Source: a virus (lineage: Duplodnaviria > Heunggongvirae > Uroviricota > Caudoviricetes). Taken from it: a stretch of 64,000 nucleotides of DNA. Shown piece after piece: positions 48,505 to 59,803 of this stretch. Below the pieces are notes generated by a model. It saw nothing but the letters and a program-made list of their open reading frames with translations. It made no database searches and was not told the origin of the DNA. The position numbers and the translations under genes are program-made. The DNA is taken from the IMG/VR virus record IMGVR_UViG_3300043467_001216. One strand, written 5' to 3'. Numbering within the stretch: position 1 is the stretch's first letter; every line of letters starts with the position of its first letter.

Positions 48505-49185
48505 ATGAGAAATTTTAACATCACCGATGAAGAAAGACAATCTATATTAAGATTACACGAAACTTCAACAAAAAAACAATATTTAAATGTTATTTCAGAA
48601 CAAACAGGTACTGCACTTGATAGTTTAGGTAAATTACCGACAAGTACAATTCAAGCACCTCAATCTAAAGTTCCGGCAACACAACAACCAACAACTAATG
48701 CAACTTTAAAAGATGTTCAGTCTTTGCTAATCACTTTAGGGTACAAAATTAGTAAAGATGGTACTGTTGATGGTAAATTAGGTCCATTAACATTAAACGC
48801 ACTAATGACAGCATTAAAATCTGCAACACCAAATGCTGCACCAAATACAACACCAAAAGACGGTCAAACACCGGGTGGCGTTAATGTTGTTGACGAATTA
48901 ATGAAAATCCCTGAAGTTAAAGCAATAGCTGATAAATTAAAAGCTGCAAATATTGATTTATCAAAAATGACGCCAGAACAAATACTTCCAAAAGTTCAAG
49001 AATTGGCTGGTGATATTTTAAAAGCTAACCCAAATTTAATAAATACGGTTAAAACTCAGATTGAGACTTTAATGAATATTAAATTACCTGACTTAACAAA
49101 TGTATCTGCAAGTACACCGGGTAACGCACCTGTTGTTGATGCTAACCAAGAACAAAAAGGTCGTGACGTTCTTTCAAAATTTTAA
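48505..49185 (+). CDS. virion protein with peptidoglycan-binding domain
   Basis: ITDEERQSILRLH..VISEQ tag; VQSLLITLGY...VDGKLGPLT. Confidence 0.7.
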   Translation: MRNFNITDEERQSILRLHETSTKKQYLNVISEQTGTALDSLGKLPTSTIQAPQSKVPATQQPTTNATLKDVQSLLITLGYKISKDGTVDGKLGPLTLNALMTALKSATPNAAPNTTPKDGQTPGGVNVVDELMKIPEVKAIADKLKAANIDLSKMTPEQILPKVQELAGDILKANPNLINTVKTQIETLMNIKLPDLTNVSASTPGNAPVVDANQEQKGRDVLSKF

Positions 49186-49415
49186 TTAGAATCTGATGAG
49201 GTTGTTTCGGTATTATTCAATACACGAATTGATTTAGAAAGGACTTCAGATTCACCCAATGAATACATCCCATTATGATAGGCTAAATTAACTGCGTGTG
49301 TTAAATAATATATCGCAGTTTCTTTAGTCATAGTGTTTAATAACACATCAATGTGGGTCTCATCCATCAAAGGTATCACATTAAATAATTTACCATATAT
49401 TTCTTGTTCTTCCAT
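49182..49415 (-). CDS. hypothetical protein
   Basis: 77 aa ORF. Confidence 0.7.
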   Translation of the reverse strand: MEEQEIYGKLFNVIPLMDETHIDVLLNTMTKETAIYYLTHAVNLAYHNGMYSLGESEVLSKSIRVLNNTETTSSDSN

Positions 49416-49434
49416 AATTTAATATTTATATATA

Positions 49435-49863
49435 ATGAATAGTAAAAAAAAACATATAAGTGAAGCAACTTCTGATAGTTCAGGTGGTAGGGGTTCGTAT
49501 ATCGCACCTTTACAATTGGGGTTGAGACCATTTAAAAAAAATACACTAGCCCCATTTACTGATGAAATATCTGATTATGATAGTCCATTATTACAATACG
49601 ATAGTTATGATGGTAAAATGGATTTGAGAAGGTCTCAAATAAAAAAGATTGAGTCACAAGCAAAGAAAGTTACCGACTACATTAAGAAACATCCTGAATC
49701 AACATTTAGTGATGAAGATGGTAATGTTATTAATCAATACCCTAAAGGTAAAAATAAAAAAGGTATCGTACCTATTAAAGAAAATTACAATAAAAAAATA
49801 ATCAGATTAAGTGAAAATCAATTATTAAAGATTATTAAGGAAATTATTAAAGAGATAATATAA
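49435..49863 (+). CDS. hypothetical late protein
   Basis: C-terminal KKIIRLSENQLLKIIKEII tag; TATTTAT 49423. Confidence 0.75.
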   Translation: MNSKKKHISEATSDSSGGRGSYIAPLQLGLRPFKKNTLAPFTDEISDYDSPLLQYDSYDGKMDLRRSQIKKIESQAKKVTDYIKKHPESTFSDEDGNVINQYPKGKNKKGIVPIKENYNKKIIRLSENQLLKIIKEIIKEII

Positions 49864-49894
49864 AAAAACCCCATCTAAACAGTGGGGTTTTTAA

Positions 49895-50308
49895 TTATAT
49901 CTTCTCAGAAATTTTATGTAGTATTGTTGATAATGACACCATAATTTGAGACATCATTTCGTTTTCAAACTCATTTCTAATTTCTTCCGTTTTATTATCG
50001 TACATATGTACCATTCTATCAAAATCTCTTTGATTTAAAATAACGTCATAATGATATATGTGATTTGTTATAGTAATTTTTTTATCATCTAATATTATAA
50101 AGACTTTTAACACTTCATTTTTAATATAACGTTTTCCTGACAGTGGAGCTATTAAAAACTTAGAGTGTGGGTTGTTTATCATCTTATAACAGATAGACTT
50201 ACAAATCCTCTCATTTTGTGTATTTTCGAGGGTTTGATTAGATGAGTACCTAATATGTCTTAGGTATTTCGCATACAATCGTTTAATAAATCGTTTAATG
50301 TAGTTCAT
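49895..50308 (-). CDS. hypothetical protein
   Basis: 137 aa; minus-strand TATGTTTG near 50330. Confidence 0.75.
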   Translation of the reverse strand: MNYIKRFIKRLYAKYLRHIRYSSNQTLENTQNERICKSICYKMINNPHSKFLIAPLSGKRYIKNEVLKVFIILDDKKITITNHIYHYDVILNQRDFDRMVHMYDNKTEEIRNEFENEMMSQIMVSLSTILHKISEKI

Positions 50309-50448
50309 AATAGTATCTTTTATATACTACAAACATAACGTTTTTTCAGATACAATTCAATAAAGTTAATCGAGAAAAAGTTGTTAAATTGTTAACAAAA
50401 AAAGGGAGTTGTTAATAACTCCCTTATAATTAAATAATACAATTTTTA

Positions 50449-50616
50449 TTATGCGTTTAATCCGTTTTGACCACCTAACTCAATCATATTTAATTGAGTG
50501 ACAGTATTTCCTGATATACCATTATACACAGGATGTGGTGGTGTTATAGTTGCGGTATTACCACTACAATTAACTATACACACAATATTTTCAGTATTTG
50601 CACTTAAATTCGCCAT
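50449..50616 (-). CDS. small hypothetical protein (55 aa)
   Basis: MANLSANTENIVCIVNCSG...PPHPVY...GGQNGLNA*; minus-strand TATTTAT 50633-50639. Confidence 0.65.
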   Translation of the reverse strand: MANLSANTENIVCIVNCSGNTATITPPHPVYNGISGNTVTQLNMIELGGQNGLNA

Positions 50617-50644
50617 TTTAATGTTTTTTATTATAAATATTAGT

Positions 50645-52093
50645 TTATTCTAAATATTTTATGTTAACTATCTGAAATTTGATTTGTTTTTTGTAAGTGT
50701 TTATTTCACCACTACTAATAACTTTCATATCAACATAATATTCGTTAGGTATTTTATCTCTAGTGTCGAATATAAAAAAATACTCATTAGGTGTTCGGTT
50801 AATTTTAGTCCAATCTTGAACCTCAACTTCGGTTTGACCTTCTCTCACATATATTCTATAATAAGCATCGACTTTTTGTAATAATTTTTGTTTTGTGAAC
50901 GCTTGTTTAATTATTACCCCCACTTTACGAATATCCGTGTTATAAATTTTTTCGTCTTGTTTTAAACCATAAAAATCAAATCCATATAATTTTGGGTCTG
51001 CGGATGAGGTTGAACCTATTTGAATTGAATTTTTAGTTGGATAAATTGTAAACTCATTTTGGATATCTAATATCGGGAATCCATTTAGATATAAACCACT
51101 CCATTTATCAAAAAACGTACAAGGTGTTTTATAACCAATTAAAGGCGGTATTGTAACTTCATATATCCCTTTAGTTTTTTTACACGTAGAAAGTGATGTT
51201 AAACCAGGTATAGGAGTGCCTGTTGAGTCACTAATAGTAACTGAGGGGTTAGAATCCAAGTTAGCTGGATTTCCATCGTCATATACATATAAATATAATT
51301 TGTTAGTTTTACCCAACGTGAATAAATTTCTATCATCTTCAATTAAATCATCATATGATGTCTCTAAGTAAGGTTCATAAAATGTTTGGGTATGTCTAGT
51401 GAAGAATTGAACTTCATAGTTTTCAGTCAAACCTGTTAGATTTTCTAATTGAGGTTTAAAAGCAATTCCCCAACCTGAAACGTTAGTTAAAGTCCCATCA
51501 AGAATTGAGTTTATTTCATTTGACATATCAAATGCAATGTTTTCATTTCCAAATTCGAAATGTTGAACATCAAGGATTGTTAAATCCGAATAATTAACAA
51601 CACCTGTACCTTTATTATTATAAATCCCTTGTTGACTCCAATTATCTAATGTTGTTCTTTGAAACCAATTTGTTGGTCTTATCGAATAATTTTTATCGTT
51701 AGCAATTTCATAGATTAAATCTGCGAAATCATAACCAACACCTTCATCCCAAAGTTGTGGTGATGGTATTCTAAATAACACTAAATCAAACGATGTTGCT
51801 CTTTGTCTACCTTGAGATGTACTTGTATTTAAGTAATCATTAAATGTTGAAGTATTAATCATTCTTAACGTGTGGGTTATATTACCACATTGGTCTGAAA
51901 TTGTACCATCTTGGTATTTTTCGATTAGTAAATCTAAGTCAAGGTCGAAAATAAAACGACTAAAACCATACGGATATTGTGTGTTTATTACTGACCCATA
52001 AAATAGTTCGGTAACAGGGTTTCTACCTGTATTCGTATAACTATTTGATATGATGGTGTTGTTCTTACTAAAATATGAATTATTTATTGACAT
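50645..52093 (-). CDS. putative structural protein
   Basis: 482 aa; WDEGVGYD; late motif 52108-52114. Confidence 0.7.
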   Translation of the reverse strand: MSINNSYFSKNNTIISNSYTNTGRNPVTELFYGSVINTQYPYGFSRFIFDLDLDLLIEKYQDGTISDQCGNITHTLRMINTSTFNDYLNTSTSQGRQRATSFDLVLFRIPSPQLWDEGVGYDFADLIYEIANDKNYSIRPTNWFQRTTLDNWSQQGIYNNKGTGVVNYSDLTILDVQHFEFGNENIAFDMSNEINSILDGTLTNVSGWGIAFKPQLENLTGLTENYEVQFFTRHTQTFYEPYLETSYDDLIEDDRNLFTLGKTNKLYLYVYDDGNPANLDSNPSVTISDSTGTPIPGLTSLSTCKKTKGIYEVTIPPLIGYKTPCTFFDKWSGLYLNGFPILDIQNEFTIYPTKNSIQIGSTSSADPKLYGFDFYGLKQDEKIYNTDIRKVGVIIKQAFTKQKLLQKVDAYYRIYVREGQTEVEVQDWTKINRTPNEYFFIFDTRDKIPNEYYVDMKVISSGEINTYKKQIKFQIVNIKYLE

Positions 52094-52114
52094 CTTATCT
52101 TTTACATATAAATA

Positions 52115-53743
52115 TCAATTTAATCTAATATTTTGATTAAGAACTTGATTTTCTGCGTCAGCAAGTATTTGAAATATCTCATCAATAGATTGTCCACTAC
52201 CTGATGATATTGGAACAGGGGGTAATGTTGAGATTGAATGAACGTGTCCTGCTAAGAATTCCACAATTTTTGTTAACAATTCCATCAACTTATCACCCCT
52301 TACCATAGGGTAAGTTTTGGAGTTAATACTATCTTTAGTTCCCGATTTACCTAATCCACCCACAAACATATCTTGTGGGATACCGTATAAAGTATTGGAT
52401 AATGATATCTTACCATTAGGTCCATCTGAGTCGTGAGAAAGTAAATATAATTTTTGAGCACCTAAAGTTGCGTATGTAACATCTTCAGTTTGACTAAATT
52501 TAAAAAGATTAACAACTTCAAATAATGGTTTTATTGGTGGGGTTACAATTGGTGTTCCATCTTTAACACCATAGACAGTAAAAAACCCTCGTTTTGTACT
52601 TAAAAATCCTGGTGTTATACCGGCCATAAATTTGGTATAGTTAGTAACAACTGTCGAATCAGTTTTAAGTCCATTAATGTCAAGAGTGTTATTCGGGTTT
52701 TGAAAAGATTTAAATTTTTGAGATTCCCGAAAAGTTGTCTTTGATGGGGTTACAATTAAAGGGAATGTAGTTTCGGGAGCAGCATTTTTTTTGTTATTTA
52801 CCGGTAATTTATAATTGGTAAATTCATTAATAACACCTTTAATAAAATCATTAATTAAACTAATCGTTTCTTGATATGTTTTACCAACAAACCTTACAGT
52901 TTCTATTGGTCCTGAATAATCAACACCATTTGATAACGTCAAAATACTATCAATGGTAAAATTAAATGTGTTAACATTTTTTGATGGTTTAACGTTATAT
53001 AATCCCACATCACCTGTGAATGAATCTTGTTCATTATCTAAATTTAGAATATTCCAAATAATCGCTTTTTTAACAACTTGAACTTCAGTTTTCACCCTAC
53101 CCTGTGTTTCACTAGGTAGTTGAATTTTCTTCTGCTCAAATCTACTTAATTGTAAAAAAGCCCGATTAGGATTACCGACAGGTAAAACATTTGGGTTTAA
53201 ATTTTTAACTTTTCCAGCACGTAATAAAACTTCATTATCTTTTAATATTAAATCAGAAGTTCCTCTACCCAACATCGCATTATCTTCAGGTTGTGGGAAT
53301 ATACCTTCACTTTCCTTTTTACGATATTCATTCTTATTATCCTTTAAAGATAATGTTTGTTTAATACGGTCACCCCAAGACAAAAACTTTTTACTCCCAA
53401 CATAATTTTCAAATGTTGAAGCCATTGGTGATGACAATACACCCGGAATATAAAATTGGTTTTGAGTTGGGAAATCTTTATTCTGATAAATAATATGAAC
53501 GTACTCATTAGGTTTAGGGTTTACACTTATAAAAAACGGTAATAAAGGTAAATGTAAAATTGGGTCTTTTGAAGTCCAAGGGTCAATTTCTTCATTCCAA
53601 TCGGTAATAGCACGAATCATATCTTCATATTTTTTACCTTCAGGTAAAACTCTAAGTCTACCCAAAACCATTGGGTCATCGTTTTTGTAAACAAACCCAG
53701 GGAACATTATTTGATTTTGTGATGAATTATTTTCTGACCCCAT
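52115..53743 (-). CDS. baseplate hub/spike-like protein (gp5-like)
   Basis: N-terminal DDP..LGRLRV...P...E.V OB-fold pattern; C-terminal HVH. Confidence 0.6.
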   Translation of the reverse strand: MGSENNSSQNQIMFPGFVYKNDDPMVLGRLRVLPEGKKYEDMIRAITDWNEEIDPWTSKDPILHLPLLPFFISVNPKPNEYVHIIYQNKDFPTQNQFYIPGVLSSPMASTFENYVGSKKFLSWGDRIKQTLSLKDNKNEYRKKESEGIFPQPEDNAMLGRGTSDLILKDNEVLLRAGKVKNLNPNVLPVGNPNRAFLQLSRFEQKKIQLPSETQGRVKTEVQVVKKAIIWNILNLDNEQDSFTGDVGLYNVKPSKNVNTFNFTIDSILTLSNGVDYSGPIETVRFVGKTYQETISLINDFIKGVINEFTNYKLPVNNKKNAAPETTFPLIVTPSKTTFRESQKFKSFQNPNNTLDINGLKTDSTVVTNYTKFMAGITPGFLSTKRGFFTVYGVKDGTPIVTPPIKPLFEVVNLFKFSQTEDVTYATLGAQKLYLLSHDSDGPNGKISLSNTLYGIPQDMFVGGLGKSGTKDSINSKTYPMVRGDKLMELLTKIVEFLAGHVHSISTLPPVPISSGSGQSIDEIFQILADAENQVLNQNIRLN

Positions 53744-53945
53744 TTCTTGTGTTATATTCTTTTAATATTTTATTATAAGTCTCTTCTAAACTATCCAAAT
53801 GATAAGTTAATTTTATAATATCATTTTTAACTGTTTCAAAATCTTTTTGAATTACATCCATAGCCATTTGTAAATCACTATTAGACGAATTTGAGGGGTT
53901 ATTTATAACATCAATTGTTTTTTTTGCAACATCTTCTTTAGTCAT
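53727..53945 (-). CDS. small coiled-coil protein
   Basis: 72 aa ORF in operon. Confidence 0.7.
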   Translation of the reverse strand: MTKEDVAKKTIDVINNPSNSSNSDLQMAMDVIQKDFETVKNDIIKLTYHLDSLEETYNKILKEYNTRNGVRK

Positions 53946-53953
53946 AATTTTGT

Positions 53954-55885
53954 TTACATTGAAAGTCCATACCCTGCCGAAGGTATTGTAAATCCAGCCG
54001 GTGTCATCGTTAATGGTGGTATCGCCACTTGTATTTTTGAGTTTGACATTTCAGAACCTTGTCCTTTTATTGACGAATACATACTCAACACTGTTAAATT
54101 AGGACTACCATCCGGCATAGGGCCAGTTGGTATACCCACTTTTTGTAACTCCTGAATTGTATTAATAAATGCTCTAGTTTCTGAGAACCCATCTAATAAT
54201 TGGGCGGCAAACAATAGTGGTAATGGAATATCATTTTGTGCGGATAACCCTCCCCAAGACGAAGTGGCTATCTTGAGTAACCATAATATTTCATCAACCA
54301 CACTTTTACATTCTCTCCAATCACTAATAAACTGACCAATAGTTATTAATAACTGAATCAATTTTAAAATTAGAGTAATTTTTTTAGATGCTTTTTCTTT
54401 TGCTAAATCAACTAAAATTGATTGTATTAAATTACGAATATCTTTTTTAATTTCTTTAAATAATTCTTTAATAAAAATTCCGGCAATTTTAGATACAACA
54501 TTTTTAAAAAATGTGGAAAATCTTTTAACAAAATCTGAAAAAGATTTAATTGATTCTAAAATTGTGTTACCTAACGCTTTTAACATTACGGCTAACGGTA
54601 ATAAAATTTTGGGTGAGAATAAAGATATTGCCAATCCCATTATCATATTTTTTATGAAGTTCAAATCTAATTCGGCTTTTAAACTACCGTCAAGAGCAAA
54701 CCCATTCCAATCAGGGTTATTTACAATATCGTCAGTCAGTTTATCCGCAGCATCAATTTGTTTATCCTCATCCTCAATAAATGTGATATTATCTAACGCT
54801 TCAAAGATTGTATTAGTATCTAATGGTAATGCAACATTATTACAGGTTACAAATTTAACTACACCATTCTTAATATTACTAACTCTTTCTTCTATCTTAC
54901 GTAAATCCATACTATTTAATTCGTAAAATGAATTATCAGTATCGTCAATTTCAGATAATTTAGCAACACCACTAACATCAATAGTTTTTCTATTGTCAAA
55001 ACAGATACCTAAGATTCTTTGAATTATAGCCATTACTTTACTAACATCTTCAACTTGTTTAAGACCAACATCCCCTTGAATTGAGATTGCACCTAACAAA
55101 CATTCTAAAATCCACGCTAATGTTGAATTAAAATCAACAACTTTAATTGTTTTATAATAATCTTGAATAAATTCTCCGACATTATTTAAACGGTTCAACG
55201 TAACCCTTTGTTGTAAAGTTACTTTATAAAAACTACCTGTTTCACCCAAATCATTTACTTCAGTATACTCAATGTCAAATAATGGTTGACCTGACCTACC
55301 CATATATAATGAACCCCCATTATCTGTTGAATATGGGTCGTTACTTTGGATACGTTGGTATAATTGTTTATTCATTGGATATGGATACGATTGTGTTGCA
55401 CTTAATGGTTGTTTTTCATACAACGCTTTACCCGGACTTGTTTGATAATCTTTTCTTAATAATTTACCTAAGTCAATTGAACTAACTTTAATATATAACA
55501 CTTGTGGTGAGAACGCTTGTTGTTGGTCACAACCAACAACCGATAAACATTCCGCCATTAATATGTTAGCAATTTTTGGCTCCACTTTACGTAGAGTCCT
55601 CATTAAAAGTCTTTTTAAATATTTTGTGGTACTACCACCTTTACCCGAAAGAACTTTTTTAATATCAAGCAATTGTTCGAATTGATTTTTTAATTCTTTT
55701 TGATACTTTTTAGCATTCGCCTTTAAATCATTGATTTTTTGTTCCGCTAAATCTTTACGTTCATCAAATGAATTACCCGCACTTTTCTTTAAGGAATCAT
55801 ATTGACTTTTTAAATCAGTATACGCTTTAGCCGAATTAATTTTATCTTTAACTTCTTTATAACTACTATCTAAATCTAACCCCAT
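53954..55885 (-). CDS. hypothetical (probably structural) protein
   Basis: 643 aa ORF. Confidence 0.8.
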   Translation of the reverse strand: MGLDLDSSYKEVKDKINSAKAYTDLKSQYDSLKKSAGNSFDERKDLAEQKINDLKANAKKYQKELKNQFEQLLDIKKVLSGKGGSTTKYLKRLLMRTLRKVEPKIANILMAECLSVVGCDQQQAFSPQVLYIKVSSIDLGKLLRKDYQTSPGKALYEKQPLSATQSYPYPMNKQLYQRIQSNDPYSTDNGGSLYMGRSGQPLFDIEYTEVNDLGETGSFYKVTLQQRVTLNRLNNVGEFIQDYYKTIKVVDFNSTLAWILECLLGAISIQGDVGLKQVEDVSKVMAIIQRILGICFDNRKTIDVSGVAKLSEIDDTDNSFYELNSMDLRKIEERVSNIKNGVVKFVTCNNVALPLDTNTIFEALDNITFIEDEDKQIDAADKLTDDIVNNPDWNGFALDGSLKAELDLNFIKNMIMGLAISLFSPKILLPLAVMLKALGNTILESIKSFSDFVKRFSTFFKNVVSKIAGIFIKELFKEIKKDIRNLIQSILVDLAKEKASKKITLILKLIQLLITIGQFISDWRECKSVVDEILWLLKIATSSWGGLSAQNDIPLPLLFAAQLLDGFSETRAFINTIQELQKVGIPTGPMPDGSPNLTVLSMYSSIKGQGSEMSNSKIQVAIPPLTMTPAGFTIPSAGYGLSM

Positions 55886-55886
55886 A

Positions 55887-56264
55887 TTATTTTAATTTAT
55901 AAGAACCCTTTGATGTGTCAGTATCTTTATCAATCAAACTTTTAATAACATCATCATCTAAATCAATATCTGATAGTGTAAAATTGTCATTGTTTGTTGT
56001 TGTATTAGTTTTTTCCCAAATACTTGATTGTAATTTAGATAGAGAAAGTTTTTTCTCGACACATTCATTTATGATTTTTTGTTGTTTTTCAATAATAGGA
56101 CCAATCAAAGTCATATCCTCAACCTCCTTCATTAAGGACAACATTTTATTTTGTATTCTGATTGCAGTATTTCTTTGTTCCACAAGTTCATTGTAGATTT
56201 CTTGCATTAACGATAAGATAGATTCTTTAGTTAAATTAATTTCTTTTTTTGCCGGTCTTCCCAT
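55887..56264 (-). CDS. hypothetical protein
   Basis: 125 aa; late motif 56271-56277. Confidence 0.8.
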   Translation of the reverse strand: MGRPAKKEINLTKESILSLMQEIYNELVEQRNTAIRIQNKMLSLMKEVEDMTLIGPIIEKQQKIINECVEKKLSLSKLQSSIWEKTNTTTNNDNFTLSDIDLDDDVIKSLIDKDTDTSKGSYKLK

Positions 56265-56278
56265 AATAACATAAATAC

Positions 56279-57025
56279 TTATTTAACCATTTTCTGTATT
56301 AAGCAATAATATATGTTCTTGAACTTTTTCATAGAACTTCTTATTTCTTTTGTTGATAAATTTGTCATCTCTCTTAACGATAGTAACACAATATTTTTAT
56401 TAAATTTATTGTTATCATTACCGATAAAAACTTCATTATAATTATCAAATAAATCATATAGTGCGTGTCCTAATTTAATTTCATTTTCAGATAAATTAGG
56501 TGACTTTAAAAATTCGTCTAACTCAATTAAAAATTGATTTATTATTGTTGTGGCATCAATCACATCACTTTCAATATGATACGCAAAATCATTACTATTT
56601 TCTAAATCATACGATATATCTTCATATGAAATTTTTCGATTAGTCTCTTTTTGGTCTTTAATTATTTGACCCATCAAATAATTTTTACAGATAGTTCCAA
56701 AATAAGAATATGCCTTCTTTTCTTTTGAAGGTTTGAACTTATCTATTTTGGTCATTAAAAAGGAGTGTGTGTCTATATGTATTTCATAGAAATCCATATC
56801 TTTTCTATATAATTTATATCTTCGAATAATTGAAGATATCATCTTATCTAAAGGTTTACGTAAAAAGTCATTGTAAATTTTATTCTTTTCTTCAAATGAA
56901 GAAGCGGTTAAATAATTTATAACCGCTAACTCCTCTCTAACATCAAAATAATTTTCTTGTGTTGGTTTTCTACCTTTCTTTTTTAACTCCGTACTTGTTT
57001 CATTTACTACTTCATTAGTACTCAT
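56279..57025 (-). CDS. late-transcription sigma factor (gp55-like)
   Basis: NYF...E..A...Y N-terminus; KFKP....KAYSYFGTICKNYL sigma region-2-like segment. Confidence 0.65.
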   Translation of the reverse strand: MSTNEVVNETSTELKKKGRKPTQENYFDVREELAVINYLTASSFEEKNKIYNDFLRKPLDKMISSIIRRYKLYRKDMDFYEIHIDTHSFLMTKIDKFKPSKEKKAYSYFGTICKNYLMGQIIKDQKETNRKISYEDISYDLENSNDFAYHIESDVIDATTIINQFLIELDEFLKSPNLSENEIKLGHALYDLFDNYNEVFIGNDNNKFNKNIVLLSLREMTNLSTKEIRSSMKKFKNIYYCLIQKMVK

Positions 57026-57828
57026 TAAATTTCTTGGGGTTCATATTTTATGGCTCTGTCATTAATGAAGAAATATTCTTTCTTAGCCGAATCAACCCAA
57101 AAACTAACCTCATCATCAGTTAACACATTCTCACCATTTTTGTAATTCCAAAAGATAGACCCCTCACGTAAATTTGTGTGTTTGTATCCTATTCTTGGAA
57201 TTGACATAATTTTAACTGAGTTATATGTCATACGTAAGAAAAATTCATAACCAAACGTTAATTTGATTGAAGGTTTAATTAAACCAAAATCAAGAAATTT
57301 ATCTTTTTTAATAACAATACCTGATGGTTGAAAGTTCTGATATGACTGTAACGTTTCGTTAGTTAATACTCCCATTTCACTACTGAAGTTAGCTGCAAAT
57401 GTTGCCTCATTTGTAAACCCCGCAAATATTTCTTTATCTGTAGTATCAACAACTATTGGTAAAAACGCATCATACTCAGGATATGATTCAACATATTTTG
57501 CAACATTTTTAAACCAAATTGATGAATACTCATCATCAAATTCGAATAAAGAAACCCATTTAGAATTTGCTGAACGAGCACCGTAGTTAATTTGTGATGC
57601 GTAATTGGGTTCTTTAGTCCATTCTACTTTCTCAACTTTAATATCACCAAAATCAAATGAGTTTAAATATTCAACTAATGACGTTTCATTTGTATGAACT
57701 ATAATCAATTCATTGATTCCTAATTTTTGATTTTTAATTGATTGAATTGCCTTATTAAAGTATTCATCAAAATTAAGATTTTTTGACGATTTAATAGGTA
57801 AGATTACTGATACATCAAATTTTTCCAT
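57025..57828 (-). CDS. glycosyltransferase family 2-like
   Basis: VSVILPI; AIQSIKNQ; INYG; FEFDDEY. Confidence 0.8.
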   Translation of the reverse strand: MEKFDVSVILPIKSSKNLNFDEYFNKAIQSIKNQKLGINELIIVHTNETSLVEYLNSFDFGDIKVEKVEWTKEPNYASQINYGARSANSKWVSLFEFDDEYSSIWFKNVAKYVESYPEYDAFLPIVVDTTDKEIFAGFTNEATFAANFSSEMGVLTNETLQSYQNFQPSGIVIKKDKFLDFGLIKPSIKLTFGYEFFLRMTYNSVKIMSIPRIGYKHTNLREGSIFWNYKNGENVLTDDEVSFWVDSAKKEYFFINDRAIKYEPQEI

Positions 57829-57829
57829 A

Positions 57830-58891
57830 TTATTCTTCTATTGTTTGTAGTTTAGAGATTTGGTCTTCAAATGATTTTAATCTAATAGAAAAATATTCAT
57901 CAAATAAAGAAACCGATTGTTTATTAAAATCTTCTTTAGATTGTAAAGAATTAACTGTTTCATTCATATTAGTGAATAATTCATCACTAATGTTGTCTTC
58001 TAACCAATTTTGTAAATGGTCAGCAATTACATCAACTAAATGTGTTTTATTGTTAACCCAAATACCGTTATTTTCATTAATCCACGATGGTAATATATTA
58101 GGTACTAAACCAATTACAGGAACATTTGACTTCAATGATTCTAGTGGATATGTGCCATATGAACTTGTTTCATCAATCCAAACAGAAACAAACCCTTCAC
58201 TTAATTTCTCAGCAAATTCATCTTTAGATAAACCTCTTAAATCTCGTAATGTTATCCATCTATATTGTGGATATTTAACATAAAATGTTTTAATTAAATT
58301 AACAGTATCTCTTTGGTCTCTAGAATGAACCGATACAATTGGTTTTGCCGGTAATGAATTAGGTTTAAATTCATCAGAAATAAATGGTTTTAAAATATCA
58401 AAAGAAACATTTTTCATAATTTGTTGAATGTATTCTTTTTGTTCTTCTGACGTAGTAATACATTTTAAAAACCCAAATTGAGCCCAAGTCTCACCTGGTT
58501 TTAAAGTTTCTAAGATATTATCATACGCTTGTGATAATACAATTTTACCGCATGGTAATTGTTTAATTTGTTCCATAACAAAACCAAATAATTCAGGAAC
58601 CACAATGAAATCATCAGGTGCGACTTGTAAAGTACCACCTTCAATTGGTTGATGAGGTAATGATTCATACTTATTACCTAACCAAGATGATACACCTAAA
58701 TAATCCGATTTTTCGTGTAAAATAACGGGGTTGTAATCATTTTCTTGTAATGCTAAAGCAAAATTATATATGTACTCAACAGATGCTTTAGCATTTCCTT
58801 TAGTGTCTTGTACAATAAAATAAATTTTAGATGTTTTGTTTTTTAAGTTTTCAATAGATTGTTCGACCTTTGAAATTTGTTCTTGATTCAT
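57830..58891 (-). CDS. glycosyltransferase (GT-B-like)
   Basis: VVPE; SSYGTYPLESLKSNVPVIG. Confidence 0.7.
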   Translation of the reverse strand: MNQEQISKVEQSIENLKNKTSKIYFIVQDTKGNAKASVEYIYNFALALQENDYNPVILHEKSDYLGVSSWLGNKYESLPHQPIEGGTLQVAPDDFIVVPELFGFVMEQIKQLPCGKIVLSQAYDNILETLKPGETWAQFGFLKCITTSEEQKEYIQQIMKNVSFDILKPFISDEFKPNSLPAKPIVSVHSRDQRDTVNLIKTFYVKYPQYRWITLRDLRGLSKDEFAEKLSEGFVSVWIDETSSYGTYPLESLKSNVPVIGLVPNILPSWINENNGIWVNNKTHLVDVIADHLQNWLEDNISDELFTNMNETVNSLQSKEDFNKQSVSLFDEYFSIRLKSFEDQISKLQTIEE

Positions 58892-58892
58892 A

Positions 58893-59153
58893 CTAGTACT
58901 TATTTATTATTTTTTTATTTATTAGCGTATTAAACGCGAGTTTAAAAGGGATAGATAATTCAGAACTTTTAGCTCCTAATGTTTCGTCAACCTCATCACT
59001 TTCTGTCACAAGAATTTCAACCATAGTTTTATACATTTCATATTTAACTAAGTTAACTTGTGTTTCACCTGTTGACGATGATTTTTCAATGTTAACACAT
59101 TCTTCCAATCTGTCAACATCTAAATAATAATGTTCATTTAATACTTTTAACAT
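58893..59153 (-). CDS. hypothetical protein
   Basis: 86 aa ORF in operon. Confidence 0.75.
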   Translation of the reverse strand: MLKVLNEHYYLDVDRLEECVNIEKSSSTGETQVNLVKYEMYKTMVEILVTESDEVDETLGAKSSELSIPFKLAFNTLINKKIINKY

Positions 59154-59764
59154 TTTAATAGTTGTTTTAATTTATCATCAAACTCGTTTAATGTTTTAAC
59201 GGTATGTTCACAATCAACATTTTTGTTATATTCTGTCTCATACTTAACCACAATCTTATCTGAAGGTTTATCTAATAATAATATAGGATTAGACGTAAGT
59301 AAAACATCTATCTCATCCCACATTGAATTTATTGTTATATTACTATAGAATTTTATTTTTTCAATCTGACAAATAAACTTAGATAGGAAAAATAGTGTTG
59401 CCGGTTTTGATTTACCAATTTCATCAGAAACAATAACTAAATCATTATTGTCCCGATATGTTAAATATAAATTGTGTAAATCATTAAATGTTGAATATTC
59501 AGTAGATTGTGCATGTCCAAAAATTTCCATAGCAAATTCTTCATACAAAAAAGAATAAAGTTCTTCATCGTTTTTAAATTTAAAATGTTCTTTTAACTCT
59601 AACGAAGTTACCGGTAAATTCATTTCATATTCGAAACTTTCATCATCGTCAATACCGTCGGTTTTTGATAAATAATATTTCTCATAGGTTTGTTCTATTT
59701 TACCAATGGTATTTCTTAAAACACCATTAATATCAAATCCGATTCTAAATTTTGGCTTTTCCAT
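59147..59764 (-). CDS. HAD-like 5'-nucleotidase-fold protein
   Basis: IGFDINGVLRN degenerate motif I. Confidence 0.6.
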   Translation of the reverse strand: MEKPKFRIGFDINGVLRNTIGKIEQTYEKYYLSKTDGIDDDESFEYEMNLPVTSLELKEHFKFKNDEELYSFLYEEFAMEIFGHAQSTEYSTFNDLHNLYLTYRDNNDLVIVSDEIGKSKPATLFFLSKFICQIEKIKFYSNITINSMWDEIDVLLTSNPILLLDKPSDKIVVKYETEYNKNVDCEHTVKTLNEFDDKLKQLLKC

Positions 59765-59803
59765 AATACCAATATATTTAGAATATTAAATTTGTAAACA
59801 ATA